From contig CAZALK010000006.1 in the NCBI GenBank assembly GCA_964486045.1, forward strand, positions 171,385-235,384: a DNA stretch of 64,000 bases. The letters run 5' to 3'. Both the position numbers and the translations under genes were made by a program. Position 1 is the stretch's first letter. Every line of letters begins with the position of its first letter. This DNA is from an uncultured archaeon. GTDB lineage: Archaea; Asgardarchaeota; Lokiarchaeia; Sigyniarchaeales; SOKP01. Positions 19,899 through 29,957 of the stretch are shown here, piece by piece. The notes under the pieces are model-generated. The model did no database searches, was not told the origin of the DNA, and was given only the letters and a program-made list of their open reading frames with translations.

Positions 19899-20723
19899 AT
19901 GAGTAAAGGTTTTAGACTCCTCCGAGTTGAATATGTTTTTTCTGTATTAATACCATGTTTACTGTCTATTTTTTTAAATAATTACGATTTGATGTCTAAT
20001 GTTTGGATTTTAGCAGGTTTTGTGTTTTATGCTATAACCGGTAATACACTTAATGATGTAATAGATATGAAAGATCCGGGTGAGAAAGAAACTCTTGAAA
20101 GAGTTGAAGGATTTTCTCGTAAGGAAATATTAGTGATCTCAATTGGGAGCTTTGTCTTAGGAACTACCTGTTTTATGAATGAGATATTAATAAATCCATT
20201 AGGTTTAGTATTGGGTATTTATCTAATAATTATCGTTTTTATGGTTATTTTTTACTGCTTATTCAAATCTCTAGTAGTTATAAACCATATAATATTAGGT
20301 ACTTCACACATAGTTTTACCATGGTTTATGATAAAGATAAATGCTGGAGATAGTTTCATGGGTTTTTTACCAAGTCTCACCTTGGACGAATCGTTAATCT
20401 TAGGCACAATTGTTTCTGTAGCTTTTACAGGACAAATGGTTCATGAAATGATTGACGGAGATTCTCTGTCTAAATTAAAACCGAGAAGGTCTCAATTAGT
20501 AATATGGTGTGCCTCTATTGTATCATTAATCATTGCAATAGTTTCTTTTTTTATAACTCGAGATTTAGTGTTTCTCCCAATTTTATTCTTTCCAATTGGA
20601 ATATTGTACATATTTAGGAAACCGAGATATAATCTATTAGGGAGATCTTCGTTAAAGGATACAGGGATAATATTAGGCAATTTAATGCTTGTGTACATAA
20701 TAATTTTGATTGTAGCCCCCTAA
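19899..20723 (+). CDS. UbiA prenyltransferase family membrane protein
   Basis: NTLNDVIDMKD aspartate motif, second motif HEMIDGD, multiple TM helices. Confidence 0.72.
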   Translation: MSKGFRLLRVEYVFSVLIPCLLSIFLNNYDLMSNVWILAGFVFYAITGNTLNDVIDMKDPGEKETLERVEGFSRKEILVISIGSFVLGTTCFMNEILINPLGLVLGIYLIIIVFMVIFYCLFKSLVVINHIILGTSHIVLPWFMIKINAGDSFMGFLPSLTLDESLILGTIVSVAFTGQMVHEMIDGDSLSKLKPRRSQLVIWCASIVSLIIAIVSFFITRDLVFLPILFFPIGILYIFRKPRYNLLGRSSLKDTGIILGNLMLVYIIILIVAP

Positions 20724-20935
20724 AAATTTATCAAAAAAAAATTTATGAAAGGAGTGAAGTAGTCTTTTTTTTTTACTAATCTGATATACACTTGGTTTTT
20801 AAATATTATTTGAGAATAAGACATACTCACCAAGACATAAAAATTAACAATTTGTATTATTTACGTTTCAATTTTTTATGATTGTGATAATTCAATTTAG
20901 AACGTTTCTTGAAATGAGTAATTAAATTAAGAAGT

Positions 20936-22189
20936 TTGGAGGAAAAAACAATTTTAATCTCACAAAACCAAAATAAAATAAGATATATTCAACAAAATGA
21001 TGAATTCGATTATTTAAGGAATTTAATTAAATCAGTTGAAAAAGGAACTTGTATGGGTGTTTTATTACATGGTCCTCCAGGGACAGGAAAAACGTTATTA
21101 GCAATCACGTTATCAAATTCTTTTAACGCTCATTATTATATTATAGATGGCTCCCCTGATCTTGATCGACGAGATATCGAAGGTTATTGGGAATTATTTA
21201 AAGGGGAAACAAGATTTAATTGTGGACCCTTGACAAGAGCTATTGAAGATGCTAATAAGAATGGAATTGCGTTTATAATTATTAATGAAGTTAATGCTAT
21301 TAGGGAAAGTGAACAAATTTCATTAAATTCATTGTTATCCGAGAACCACATTAATTTAATATCAAAGGGGTTTGAAAGGTATGAATTGAATCCAAAAAGT
21401 AAACTTATAATAATTGGTACACTAAATAAGGGAGTAATTGGAATTAATAAACTTCAAGAAGCTTTTGAAGATCGCTTTATTGCAAGTCCTGAGATAGATT
21501 ATCCGGTGAAACAAAAAGAAATTGAAATTGCTACTAAAATGTCGGGGTGTAATAGAAATTTAGCCGAAATCGTCGTAGACGCAGCTAGGCAAATAAGAAA
21601 GCAAGCTATTAAAGATTTTTCAATTACAAAAATTTTTTCAACTCGTTTAATTGTAAATTTTTGTTTAGTCGTTTCCAGCATGGCTCCCAAGTTTCTAAGA
21701 CATAATATCGAAAACATTATTATCAATAAATTAGGGGAAAATCAAGAAGAGAAAAAGAGTATAGCGATGATATTAGATGGAAAAATGTTTGAGAGTAAAT
21801 TAAGAGGATTAATTAACCCTAAAGATAATTCTAAGGTTGTTCAAGAGGAAGAAATAGAATTAAGTGAAGCAGAAGAACAAAAAATTGTAATAATTATGAG
21901 GAAACATGTTAGCAAATATATCCAATTTTACAGTAAAGATAATGCTTTAAATAAAAAAGGGGAGATAATGTGGAAGTTTATTGAGTGGTTTTGGTGCTAC
22001 AATAGAAAGATCTTAAGGGAGTATTTTCATTTAACAAAAAAGCTAAATTTACATGATGTATATAGAAAAGAAACAGGAAAAAGTTATCTCTATCATGGAG
22101 AAATTACTCTCAGTTATATAAAGTGGTTATACCGTCATGAAAAGCAGGAATTATTGAACTTTATGAAAAATACATATCCAATTTTTTAA
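20936..22189 (+). CDS. MoxR/CbbQ-NirQ-type AAA+ ATPase with C-terminal extension
   Basis: Walker A GPPGTGKT, GPL.RA, Walker B IIINE, GT.N sensor, L.EAF.DRF and STR motif. Confidence 0.88.
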   Translation: MEEKTILISQNQNKIRYIQQNDEFDYLRNLIKSVEKGTCMGVLLHGPPGTGKTLLAITLSNSFNAHYYIIDGSPDLDRRDIEGYWELFKGETRFNCGPLTRAIEDANKNGIAFIIINEVNAIRESEQISLNSLLSENHINLISKGFERYELNPKSKLIIIGTLNKGVIGINKLQEAFEDRFIASPEIDYPVKQKEIEIATKMSGCNRNLAEIVVDAARQIRKQAIKDFSITKIFSTRLIVNFCLVVSSMAPKFLRHNIENIIINKLGENQEEKKSIAMILDGKMFESKLRGLINPKDNSKVVQEEEIELSEAEEQKIVIIMRKHVSKYIQFYSKDNALNKKGEIMWKFIEWFWCYNRKILREYFHLTKKLNLHDVYRKETGKSYLYHGEITLSYIKWLYRHEKQELLNFMKNTYPIF

Positions 22190-22216
22190 TATATATTATT
22201 AACATTATCAAATTTA

Positions 22217-24388
22217 GTGGTGAGTGTTTTCACAGAATTATATGAACTTTTTGAGAAAGATTTTCTTACAGATTTACTTGCCTTAACAAATACTGCTAAA
22301 AGGATCAGTGGTAACAATGATATTTTAATAAATTTCAACCAACGTTCACACATAGCTTTTACCGATGGTCGTTTTATCTACTTACCAAGCGATATTAAAA
22401 GTGACATAAAGTCATCGCAGGGTTTGGTTGCTCATGAAAGCGGTCATATAGGTTATGGATCATATGAATTATCTTTTATTAAACTGGCTAAAATAATTTC
22501 CACTAAGTATTCCTTCCCTGAATATATTGTGAAAAAAATTATTAATGTTGTAGAAGATGTAAGAATTAATGTATTAAATGACATAAAATTTCCAGGTTTC
22601 TATAAAAATTTAAGGACACTTACTAAAAAGTTGTTACCTGAATTAAAATTAAGAATGAAAAAATCAGGTGATATTTTAGTTTATTTAAATTTGTATATGG
22701 AAGATTATAAAGATTTTCAGAAAAAGCCAAAATTTAGAACACGGCTAATGTCTGATGAAGATTGGAAAGCAATTTTGGTTGCAAAAACGTTTTTATTGAA
22801 GACTTTAACACCAGCTTCTTCAATTATTACAATCGATCAATTATCTAAGGTTTTAAAAAAATATTATATCAAAAGGACGATTGTTAAAAACCCACCTCCA
22901 TTCACAAGATCAGTATCATCTCAAGGTAGGGATGAAGAATATTTCTTTGGTGATGATGAATTCGATATTGTGGAAAATAAAAGTGATGCTGAAGAATTCA
23001 CATCAAGTGTTAAAATTGAAAGTAATTTTAATGTAGATGGTGATTCAGATTTAATGGAAGATCCATGTTATTATGATGAAATTGATAATAATTCGTATCC
23101 AGATTATAATCCCTCAGGAGATGAACCCTTACTAAATCATTATGAAGATTTTACAGACAAATGGAAAAAATCAAAAGATACAGAGCTAGATCTTACCAGT
23201 GAGAAAATTATTGATAAAATAAAAGATGCGGATTTATCTACTAATGATATAGAAAGATTAATAGAAGAAATAGACTCAATTAAAGACACAATAAATGAAA
23301 TATCCGATTTTGATATCAATAATGACTCTGATACTATAAAGATTAACGATAGTGAAAAAATTGATCAAAAATTAGATTCAGAGAGCGAATGTGCTAAAAA
23401 TTATGAATATGATAAAATAAAGGAATTAGGAAAGATATTAACTAGTGTTATTGATAAAGAAAGGGTAAGTACAGAAGATGTTGAAAAAGGAAATTATCTT
23501 GAAGAATTTATAAAAATTGTTACTGATGCCCAAAATGCGATGGGAGAAAGACTCTTAACAATTGATGAAGGGATAAGCTTTATCAAATTATCTGAAGGAA
23601 AGGGAAAAAGAAAAGTAGTTGAAGCGAGGATCGAAAATGAAACTATGAAATCTATTGAGCTTTCTTATAACCAAATTATTAACGAATTTAAAAATTTAAT
23701 TGCCAAGATAAAATTTATTTTTAGAGATTTTAAGAATCAGATTGATATAGATAGCTTCCAAAAAAGGGGAAGATTAAACAGCAAATTCATTAAAGCAGTT
23801 ACCAGTGATTATAAATATAAAAAATGTTTTTCAAGAAAGAAAAAACAAAAGGAGCTTAAAATTCTTTTATTAGTTGATATCAGTGGGAGCATGAAAGGTA
23901 TCAAATTAGAATGTGCTAAAATCGCTATGATAATGCTATGTGAAGCTCTTTATGAGATTGCTCAATTACGTATTGTGCTTTTTACTGGAGATTATGATGC
24001 GATAAATATATTATTAAAAGATTTTAATGATAAACCAGATCCAAAGAAATTTGATAAATTTGGATGTCATGGAAGCGTTTGTAGTAATTTAGATGGAATT
24101 TCGTTAAAGCATGAAGCTGCAAAATTGGAAAAAAACGTGTTAATCATTGTCATATCGGATGGCCAACCAGCAGGATCCGGAAATTATGGATTGAATGATG
24201 CCATAAAAGAAATTCATAATGTAAATAAAATTTTTAAAGTTTTTGCATTTTCTATTGATGCCAAAGGGGATTATTTAGATAAATTATATGATAAAAATTG
24301 GATTTTAACTCACTCATCTGATAAAATAGACTTGGGGGAGAAATTAATCAAATTTTGTAGACTAGTTGTTAAAGAGTTTTTTAGATAG
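22217..24388 (+). CDS. vWA-domain partner of MoxR ATPase (CbbO/NorD/CobT-like) with N-terminal HExxH domain
   Basis: AFTDG..IYLP, AHESGH, NVVEDVRIN, an acidic linker, GRLN, MIDAS DISGSM, NLDG and ISDGQP. Confidence 0.85.
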   Translation: MVSVFTELYELFEKDFLTDLLALTNTAKRISGNNDILINFNQRSHIAFTDGRFIYLPSDIKSDIKSSQGLVAHESGHIGYGSYELSFIKLAKIISTKYSFPEYIVKKIINVVEDVRINVLNDIKFPGFYKNLRTLTKKLLPELKLRMKKSGDILVYLNLYMEDYKDFQKKPKFRTRLMSDEDWKAILVAKTFLLKTLTPASSIITIDQLSKVLKKYYIKRTIVKNPPPFTRSVSSQGRDEEYFFGDDEFDIVENKSDAEEFTSSVKIESNFNVDGDSDLMEDPCYYDEIDNNSYPDYNPSGDEPLLNHYEDFTDKWKKSKDTELDLTSEKIIDKIKDADLSTNDIERLIEEIDSIKDTINEISDFDINNDSDTIKINDSEKIDQKLDSESECAKNYEYDKIKELGKILTSVIDKERVSTEDVEKGNYLEEFIKIVTDAQNAMGERLLTIDEGISFIKLSEGKGKRKVVEARIENETMKSIELSYNQIINEFKNLIAKIKFIFRDFKNQIDIDSFQKRGRLNSKFIKAVTSDYKYKKCFSRKKKQKELKILLLVDISGSMKGIKLECAKIAMIMLCEALYEIAQLRIVLFTGDYDAINILLKDFNDKPDPKKFDKFGCHGSVCSNLDGISLKHEAAKLEKNVLIIVISDGQPAGSGNYGLNDAIKEIHNVNKIFKVFAFSIDAKGDYLDKLYDKNWILTHSSDKIDLGEKLIKFCRLVVKEFFR

Positions 24389-24409
24389 TTTTACTTAATT
24401 TAAAACAAG

Positions 24410-24979
24410 ATGGTTAACAACATTCTCATATTCTTAAGGCACGCTGAAACTAAAGTCGTTAAAAGAGTTAAAAATTCAGAATGGCCTCTAACTAATAAAG
24501 GAGAATTGGATGCTCTCGATATTGCAAAATCTAAATTTTTTGATGATATTGATATTATCATTGCATCAGCTGAAGAAAAGGCTTATGAAACCATATTACC
24601 CTTAGCAGAGAAACTTAAAAAGAAAATTTTGAGAGAAGCAGACTTAAATGAAATAATGAGAGATCATGGGAAATTTCTTGGGACTAAAGAATACCTCTCC
24701 ACAATGAAACTATGTATGATAAATAAAGACCAATCATTTAACAATTGGGAAACCGCAAATAAAGCTTTAATGAGGTTTTCTAAAAAAATTGAAGAGATAG
24801 ATTACAAATTTGATGAAAAAAAGATATTAATTGTTTCACATGGAACCGTAATCAATTTATATTTCGCTAGCTTTCTTGGGAAATTGGATTCTGTATTTAT
24901 TAGAGCTCAGACAAATACTTTTTGTGATTATGGTATAATTCAGAATAAAAAAGTAATAAAGGATATTGCAAAACTTTAA
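24410..24979 (+). CDS. histidine phosphatase (phosphoglycerate mutase-like) family protein
   Basis: LRHAET, PLT.KG, L.E and IVSHG motifs. Confidence 0.85.
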   Translation: MVNNILIFLRHAETKVVKRVKNSEWPLTNKGELDALDIAKSKFFDDIDIIIASAEEKAYETILPLAEKLKKKILREADLNEIMRDHGKFLGTKEYLSTMKLCMINKDQSFNNWETANKALMRFSKKIEEIDYKFDEKKILIVSHGTVINLYFASFLGKLDSVFIRAQTNTFCDYGIIQNKKVIKDIAKL

Positions 24980-24981
24980 AA

Positions 24982-26034
24982 TTGATATTAATGGATTCAG
25001 TATTCATAAAGAAATCTAAATACCAAAAAATAATTGATAACAAGTACTCTCAATGTTTAACATGTGAAAGAAAATGCAAAATTCCAAAAGGAAAATCTGG
25101 ATTTTGCCAAACTCGAATTAATAAAGATGGAGAGATATACACAATCGTTTACGGATTATTTCCTGCTCTATCATTTAATCCAATTGAAAAAAAGCCACTT
25201 TATCATTTCTACCCAGGAAGTAAAGCATTAACTATAGGCACTTATGGGTGTAACTTTTCATGCTTTTGGTGCCAAAATCATCACATTTCAAAACAAAATC
25301 CTCTAAAATTAGAGCATTTGGGAATATCTCAAGACTATATATCCCCCGAAAAATTTATAGATATTGCTTTAAAGAATAATTGCAAAGGAACTTCAATATC
25401 CTTTAATGAACCTACATTATTGTTTGAATATTCGATAGAGGCCTTTAACCTTGCGAAACAGAATGGTTTATATAATACATACGTTACAAATGGTTATATG
25501 ACTACAGATGTTTTAAATGATTTAGTGGATGCGGGGCTTGATGCTATGAATATTGATATTAAAGGAGATTCAGAAATGGTTCAGAAATATTGTGGTGTTG
25601 ATGTGGAAATAGTATGGAGAAATGCTAAATTAGCAAAGGAATTGGGTGTTCATATTGAAATTACAACATTATTAATACAAGAATTAAATTCTAAGAATGA
25701 AATTATCAGGAAAATTGCTGAAAGGATTTTTAATGAACTAGGTGATTCAATCCCTTATCATATAAGTAGATTCTTCCCGCATTATGAATCATATAATCAC
25801 AGACTCAATGAACCTACACCACTAAAATGCTTATATGATGCATATGATGAAGCAAGAGATGTCGGATTACAATATGTATACCTAGGAAATTTACCTAATA
25901 ATGATTTTAATCATACAAATTGTCCAAAATGTTTTAAATTAGTTATTAAAAGAAAATTGTTAGGTATCCAAGAGTTGAATTTAGATAGTAATGGAAATTG
26001 TAAATTTTGTGGGTTTCCAATTTGTGTTATTTAA
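24982..26034 (+). CDS. amrS: AmmeMemoRadiSam system radical SAM enzyme
   Basis: C..C.R.C...G.C..R.N, PIEKKPLYHFYPG, GCNFSCFWCQN, NEPT, VTNGY, H.SRFFPHY and C-terminal CPKC...C..CG. ATG at 24991 is an alternative start. Confidence 0.9.
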   Translation: MILMDSVFIKKSKYQKIIDNKYSQCLTCERKCKIPKGKSGFCQTRINKDGEIYTIVYGLFPALSFNPIEKKPLYHFYPGSKALTIGTYGCNFSCFWCQNHHISKQNPLKLEHLGISQDYISPEKFIDIALKNNCKGTSISFNEPTLLFEYSIEAFNLAKQNGLYNTYVTNGYMTTDVLNDLVDAGLDAMNIDIKGDSEMVQKYCGVDVEIVWRNAKLAKELGVHIEITTLLIQELNSKNEIIRKIAERIFNELGDSIPYHISRFFPHYESYNHRLNEPTPLKCLYDAYDEARDVGLQYVYLGNLPNNDFNHTNCPKCFKLVIKRKLLGIQELNLDSNGNCKFCGFPICVI

Positions 26035-26148
26035 AAGTCTTTTTGATTTTTTTTTTACTAATTCAATTATGACGTAGTTTTTAAATAGCTTTTTAGAACT
26101 CTTAAAAGAAAAGCAAAAATCAAAATTCATTTTTTAAAGGTTTAAGAA

Positions 26149-26766
26149 ATGGCAAAAAAATCATCGACTTATAAGTCAGCCCCATCAAAATCTGCTCCTA
26201 AGAAGCAACAAACTCAGGCTGCTATGAAATCCAACACTTACTTAAAAGTAATTAATAAGTCTAATTACCAACAGAAAGTTCTAAATATGATTGGATTTGA
26301 ACGGTACTCAAGGATCTTCAAAAAGCAAAATATCTTAAACCCATTTAAAACTGAAGGTCTTAAACGGGATTCACTTCCAGAATTAAAGCTAGATTTTAAG
26401 AAATATGTTTCAAAAAAAATAACTGAAAGTATACAAAATAAAGATTATGAATCAACCGATCTTAAATCTTTAAAAAAATTACCAAATTTCAGAAAGTGGA
26501 CTGTAAAATTAATCTATGAATTAAAGAAGGAACTTGAAAGAAGCAAAATCCATAAGATTGATAAAGATAAATTTGACATTAAAAACCTTTTAAATAACTA
26601 CTATGGTAGAATAATTGTAAAAGAAATTGTGGGAGATATATCAGAAAACAAAAGAAAAATGGAAGATCAAGAATTTATAATCTCAGAAAATGACCTTTTT
26701 AAGATAAATGAGAGTTTTAAATTTCTTAAACTCAAAAAACCCAAAATTGCCAAAAGAATAGCTTAA
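26149..26766 (+). CDS. hypothetical lysine-rich protein
   Basis: 205 aa ORF with a low-complexity basic N-tail (KSAPSKSAPKK). No recognised domain. Confidence 0.6.
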   Translation: MAKKSSTYKSAPSKSAPKKQQTQAAMKSNTYLKVINKSNYQQKVLNMIGFERYSRIFKKQNILNPFKTEGLKRDSLPELKLDFKKYVSKKITESIQNKDYESTDLKSLKKLPNFRKWTVKLIYELKKELERSKIHKIDKDKFDIKNLLNNYYGRIIVKEIVGDISENKRKMEDQEFIISENDLFKINESFKFLKLKKPKIAKRIA

Positions 26767-26874
26767 TGTGTAATTAATTTGACCCTATAAGACCAGAAAT
26801 TCTTTTAATGAATCACTTGAAGTAAATTAAATTATTATAGATTTCCTTAAAAGCTAAGAAATGTAATAATTAGT

Positions 26875-27711
26875 ATGGTAGAAGCATTTGCCGAAGTTAA
26901 TGATATAAAAATTTGTTATAAAAGCCAAGGAGAAGGATTTCCAACATTTCTTCTTCATGGTTTTGATTCTAAGAAGGAAGGCTTTATGGCTCAAATCCCT
27001 GAATTATCTAAATATTATAGGATTATCAGTATTGACATGCGTGGGGCAGGAAAAAGTTCAAGACCTAACTACCATTACACTATGGAAATGTTTGCAGATG
27101 ATGTTAAGGGATTGATGGATTACTTGTCAATACAGAAAATAAATTTAATAGCACACTCATTTGGAGGAATATTTGCCCAGAATTTTGTAGTGAAGTATCC
27201 TGAGAGCGTAAATAAACTTGTTCTCATAAATTCGTTGCCAAAAATTCCTGAGGAGTATGACCCTGAGCCGTATATTCAGATGAGAATTAAGGGATTGGAA
27301 CTCAGGAAAAAAGATCCCGTTAAGGCATTTTGGGATTGCACACAGTTTGGATTTTATCCTAATTTTCGGAAAAGAATGCTAGATAATCCCAAGGAAAAGT
27401 TTCATGGATTATGGTCTGCAGAAGACCTTATCGACTATTATACTACGGACCCTCCTACTCCGCAGGATATTCGAAATATTTCTTACTCTTTTAAAGACCA
27501 TAACGTTATTAATAATTTGCAAAAAATAACACAGAAGACTTTGTTACTTACAGCTTCTCATGATGTGCTTGTTCCTAAAGAACGGATGATGGAGATTCAC
27601 AATTTGATGCCAAATAGTACCTTAAAAGTAATAGAAAAAGCAGGACACGAATCCCACAAATCTAATGCACCAGAAGTAAACAAAACGATTATAGAATTTT
27701 TGAGTAACTAA
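26875..27711 (+). CDS. alpha/beta-fold hydrolase
   Basis: LLHGF, DMRGAGKS, nucleophile elbow AHSFGG, acid D (HDVLVP) and His (AGHE). Confidence 0.9.
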   Translation: MVEAFAEVNDIKICYKSQGEGFPTFLLHGFDSKKEGFMAQIPELSKYYRIISIDMRGAGKSSRPNYHYTMEMFADDVKGLMDYLSIQKINLIAHSFGGIFAQNFVVKYPESVNKLVLINSLPKIPEEYDPEPYIQMRIKGLELRKKDPVKAFWDCTQFGFYPNFRKRMLDNPKEKFHGLWSAEDLIDYYTTDPPTPQDIRNISYSFKDHNVINNLQKITQKTLLLTASHDVLVPKERMMEIHNLMPNSTLKVIEKAGHESHKSNAPEVNKTIIEFLSN

Positions 27712-27824
27712 TTTTCTCATATTTAATTAGAAATTTTAAAAGGGATTCTATATTTTCGAATCTAATTACAAATATTACTTTTTTTGAATTTAATATCGAT
27801 TAACCATTACATCGAAACAAAATT

Positions 27825-29063
27825 ATGCAACCTCCTAATAATGTAAAAAAGAAATATCCCGAATTAACTAATTTATGGATAGGACTATTTGTAGATATTT
27901 TTGGGTTTTACATCATAATTCCCTATTTACCTTCTCTCATGATTATTTATGATACAACACCTTTAATTCTTGGATTACTTCTTGCTACAAATGCTATTTT
28001 TACGCTTTTTTCCGCCCCTATTTGGGGGCGTTTAAGCGATAAATTTGGTAGAAAACCTATTCTTCTAATCGCAGAAGCGGGAACATGTTCAGCTTTTCTA
28101 ATTCTAGCCTTCTCAAACTCTCTTTTCCTACTTTTTGTGGCTCGGGCTGTAGATGGAGTTTTCGGTGGTAATTACCCTATTACAAAAGCGATAATTACTG
28201 ATAGTGTTCCTCCAAAGGATAGAGGGCTTCAAATGACAAATATTGGAGTTGCTCATACTTTAGCCGGATTATTAGCACCAGGTTTAGCAGGACTTTTATC
28301 AATATTCCTAATATTTGGTCCTGATTATCCACTTGCTCTCCCTGGTCTAGTGTCGGCTTTTTTTTCTTTTTTAACTATTATTATCACATTATTCTTTATA
28401 AAGGAATCATGGCCAAAATCTAAGCGAGAAAAAGCAGAGAGAGAAGTTAAAATAAAATTTAAGTTAGTAAATAATAGGGATGCTTTATATTCATTAACTC
28501 AGTTTGCATTCCATACTTTCTCTTTCATAATGTATGTTTCAACCTTGGCTATTTTTATAGGTTTAATACTTGGATTAGATACTCTAGGTGTCAGCATATT
28601 CCTAATGATATCCGGTGTATCACGTGCTATTGTCCGTTTTACGTTATTTAAACCAACAATTAGGATTTTAGGTGAAAAAAAGATGAAAATTCTTGGTTTG
28701 TCTATTCTAACAATAGTGTTTATTCTAATAGGAATTTTTGGTGCATTTTATCCCGCACCTTGGATTTTTATAGTTCTAGTGGTTTTTGCTAGTTATGGTG
28801 TGTCATGTGCGAGAGGACTCATGATGAGTAAAGTGACGGAAACGGTCTCTTCAAAGGAAATAGGAAAAATTAATGGTTATACATCAACATTGGATAGTCT
28901 TGCTCAGATTTTTGGACCCATATTAGGAACATTTCTATTATCCCCACCATTATTGTCCCCATTTTTATATGGATCCATCATGGGAATACTCGCATTTGTA
29001 GCGCTTATGATGGTATTCAGAAAGATTGTATCCTATATGGAAAAAGTGGAAGTTCCATTTTAA
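27825..29063 (+). CDS. MFS transporter (DHA1/TetA-like)
   Basis: Motif A GRLSDKFGRKP, ARAVDG..GG and about 12 TM segments. Confidence 0.9.
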   Translation: MQPPNNVKKKYPELTNLWIGLFVDIFGFYIIIPYLPSLMIIYDTTPLILGLLLATNAIFTLFSAPIWGRLSDKFGRKPILLIAEAGTCSAFLILAFSNSLFLLFVARAVDGVFGGNYPITKAIITDSVPPKDRGLQMTNIGVAHTLAGLLAPGLAGLLSIFLIFGPDYPLALPGLVSAFFSFLTIIITLFFIKESWPKSKREKAEREVKIKFKLVNNRDALYSLTQFAFHTFSFIMYVSTLAIFIGLILGLDTLGVSIFLMISGVSRAIVRFTLFKPTIRILGEKKMKILGLSILTIVFILIGIFGAFYPAPWIFIVLVVFASYGVSCARGLMMSKVTETVSSKEIGKINGYTSTLDSLAQIFGPILGTFLLSPPLLSPFLYGSIMGILAFVALMMVFRKIVSYMEKVEVPF

Positions 29064-29150
29064 AGATCTGGGTAACACTAAATAAACATTGTTGTCCATT
29101 ATTAATGAGAAATGATTAATTTTAAATAATTCTTCATTAATATTTATATC

Positions 29151-29951
29151 ATGGGAACTGATAAACTTATAAACTTGAACAACTCAAATTTTAAAGAGAA
29201 GTTAGAAAAAACAGTGAACCTTCCTGCATTAGATTTTTTTAAAATAAATTTCATTAGTTTCTTAGTACCTCTTTATGTTTGCTTAAGTCTTTTCTTACTT
29301 TTCGAATACGGATTTATTAATTTGCTATCTATTTCACCTGTAATTCATTTATTTGCTTTACCGGTAGTTTTTTTAATCCTCTACTATATTTACATTATTA
29401 TTTTAATTGAATTTACAGCATTCTGGGTTCAGAGTTGGAATAAGAAATCCCCACCAAAACAAGGTGTTTTTAGAAGAGCACTTGACGAAGTTGATAGTCA
29501 AGAGGGAGAAATGATGAAATATTATCACAAGAGGGGTTTTATAATTAAATATCCTACGTGGTTAGCTTCAAAATCACCATTTCCATGGCTCATTAATAGA
29601 GTACTTCGAAGAATTGGCCATAATAAAATTGGTAAAAATGTTATTTATTGTGATAGCTATGTTGGATTAGAATTTACTAATTTAGGAGATAATGTATTTA
29701 TCTATCCTTCAAGTGGTTTGTCAAGCCACGCGGTTAATACAATTTTTGGAAAAATAACTATGATGGAAATCAAATTAGGAAAAAACACCACTTTATACCC
29801 AGGAAATATAGTTGGACCAAACGTAGTGACTGCTGATCATAATGTAATATATCCTAATACAATTTTGCATAAAAATTGGCGAGGAAAATCAGGAAAATTT
29901 TATTATCAAGGCAGCCCTGGACGTCCTATTGATGCTAAACATAATAATTAA
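29151..29951 (+). CDS. membrane-anchored hexapeptide-repeat (left-handed beta-helix) acyltransferase-like protein
   Basis: Two N-terminal TM helices, then KIGKNV, LGDNVFI, SSH, KLGKNT and Y.GSP.RPI. Confidence 0.72.
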   Translation: MGTDKLINLNNSNFKEKLEKTVNLPALDFFKINFISFLVPLYVCLSLFLLFEYGFINLLSISPVIHLFALPVVFLILYYIYIIILIEFTAFWVQSWNKKSPPKQGVFRRALDEVDSQEGEMMKYYHKRGFIIKYPTWLASKSPFPWLINRVLRRIGHNKIGKNVIYCDSYVGLEFTNLGDNVFIYPSSGLSSHAVNTIFGKITMMEIKLGKNTTLYPGNIVGPNVVTADHNVIYPNTILHKNWRGKSGKFYYQGSPGRPIDAKHNN

Positions 29952-29957
29952 GTAAAT

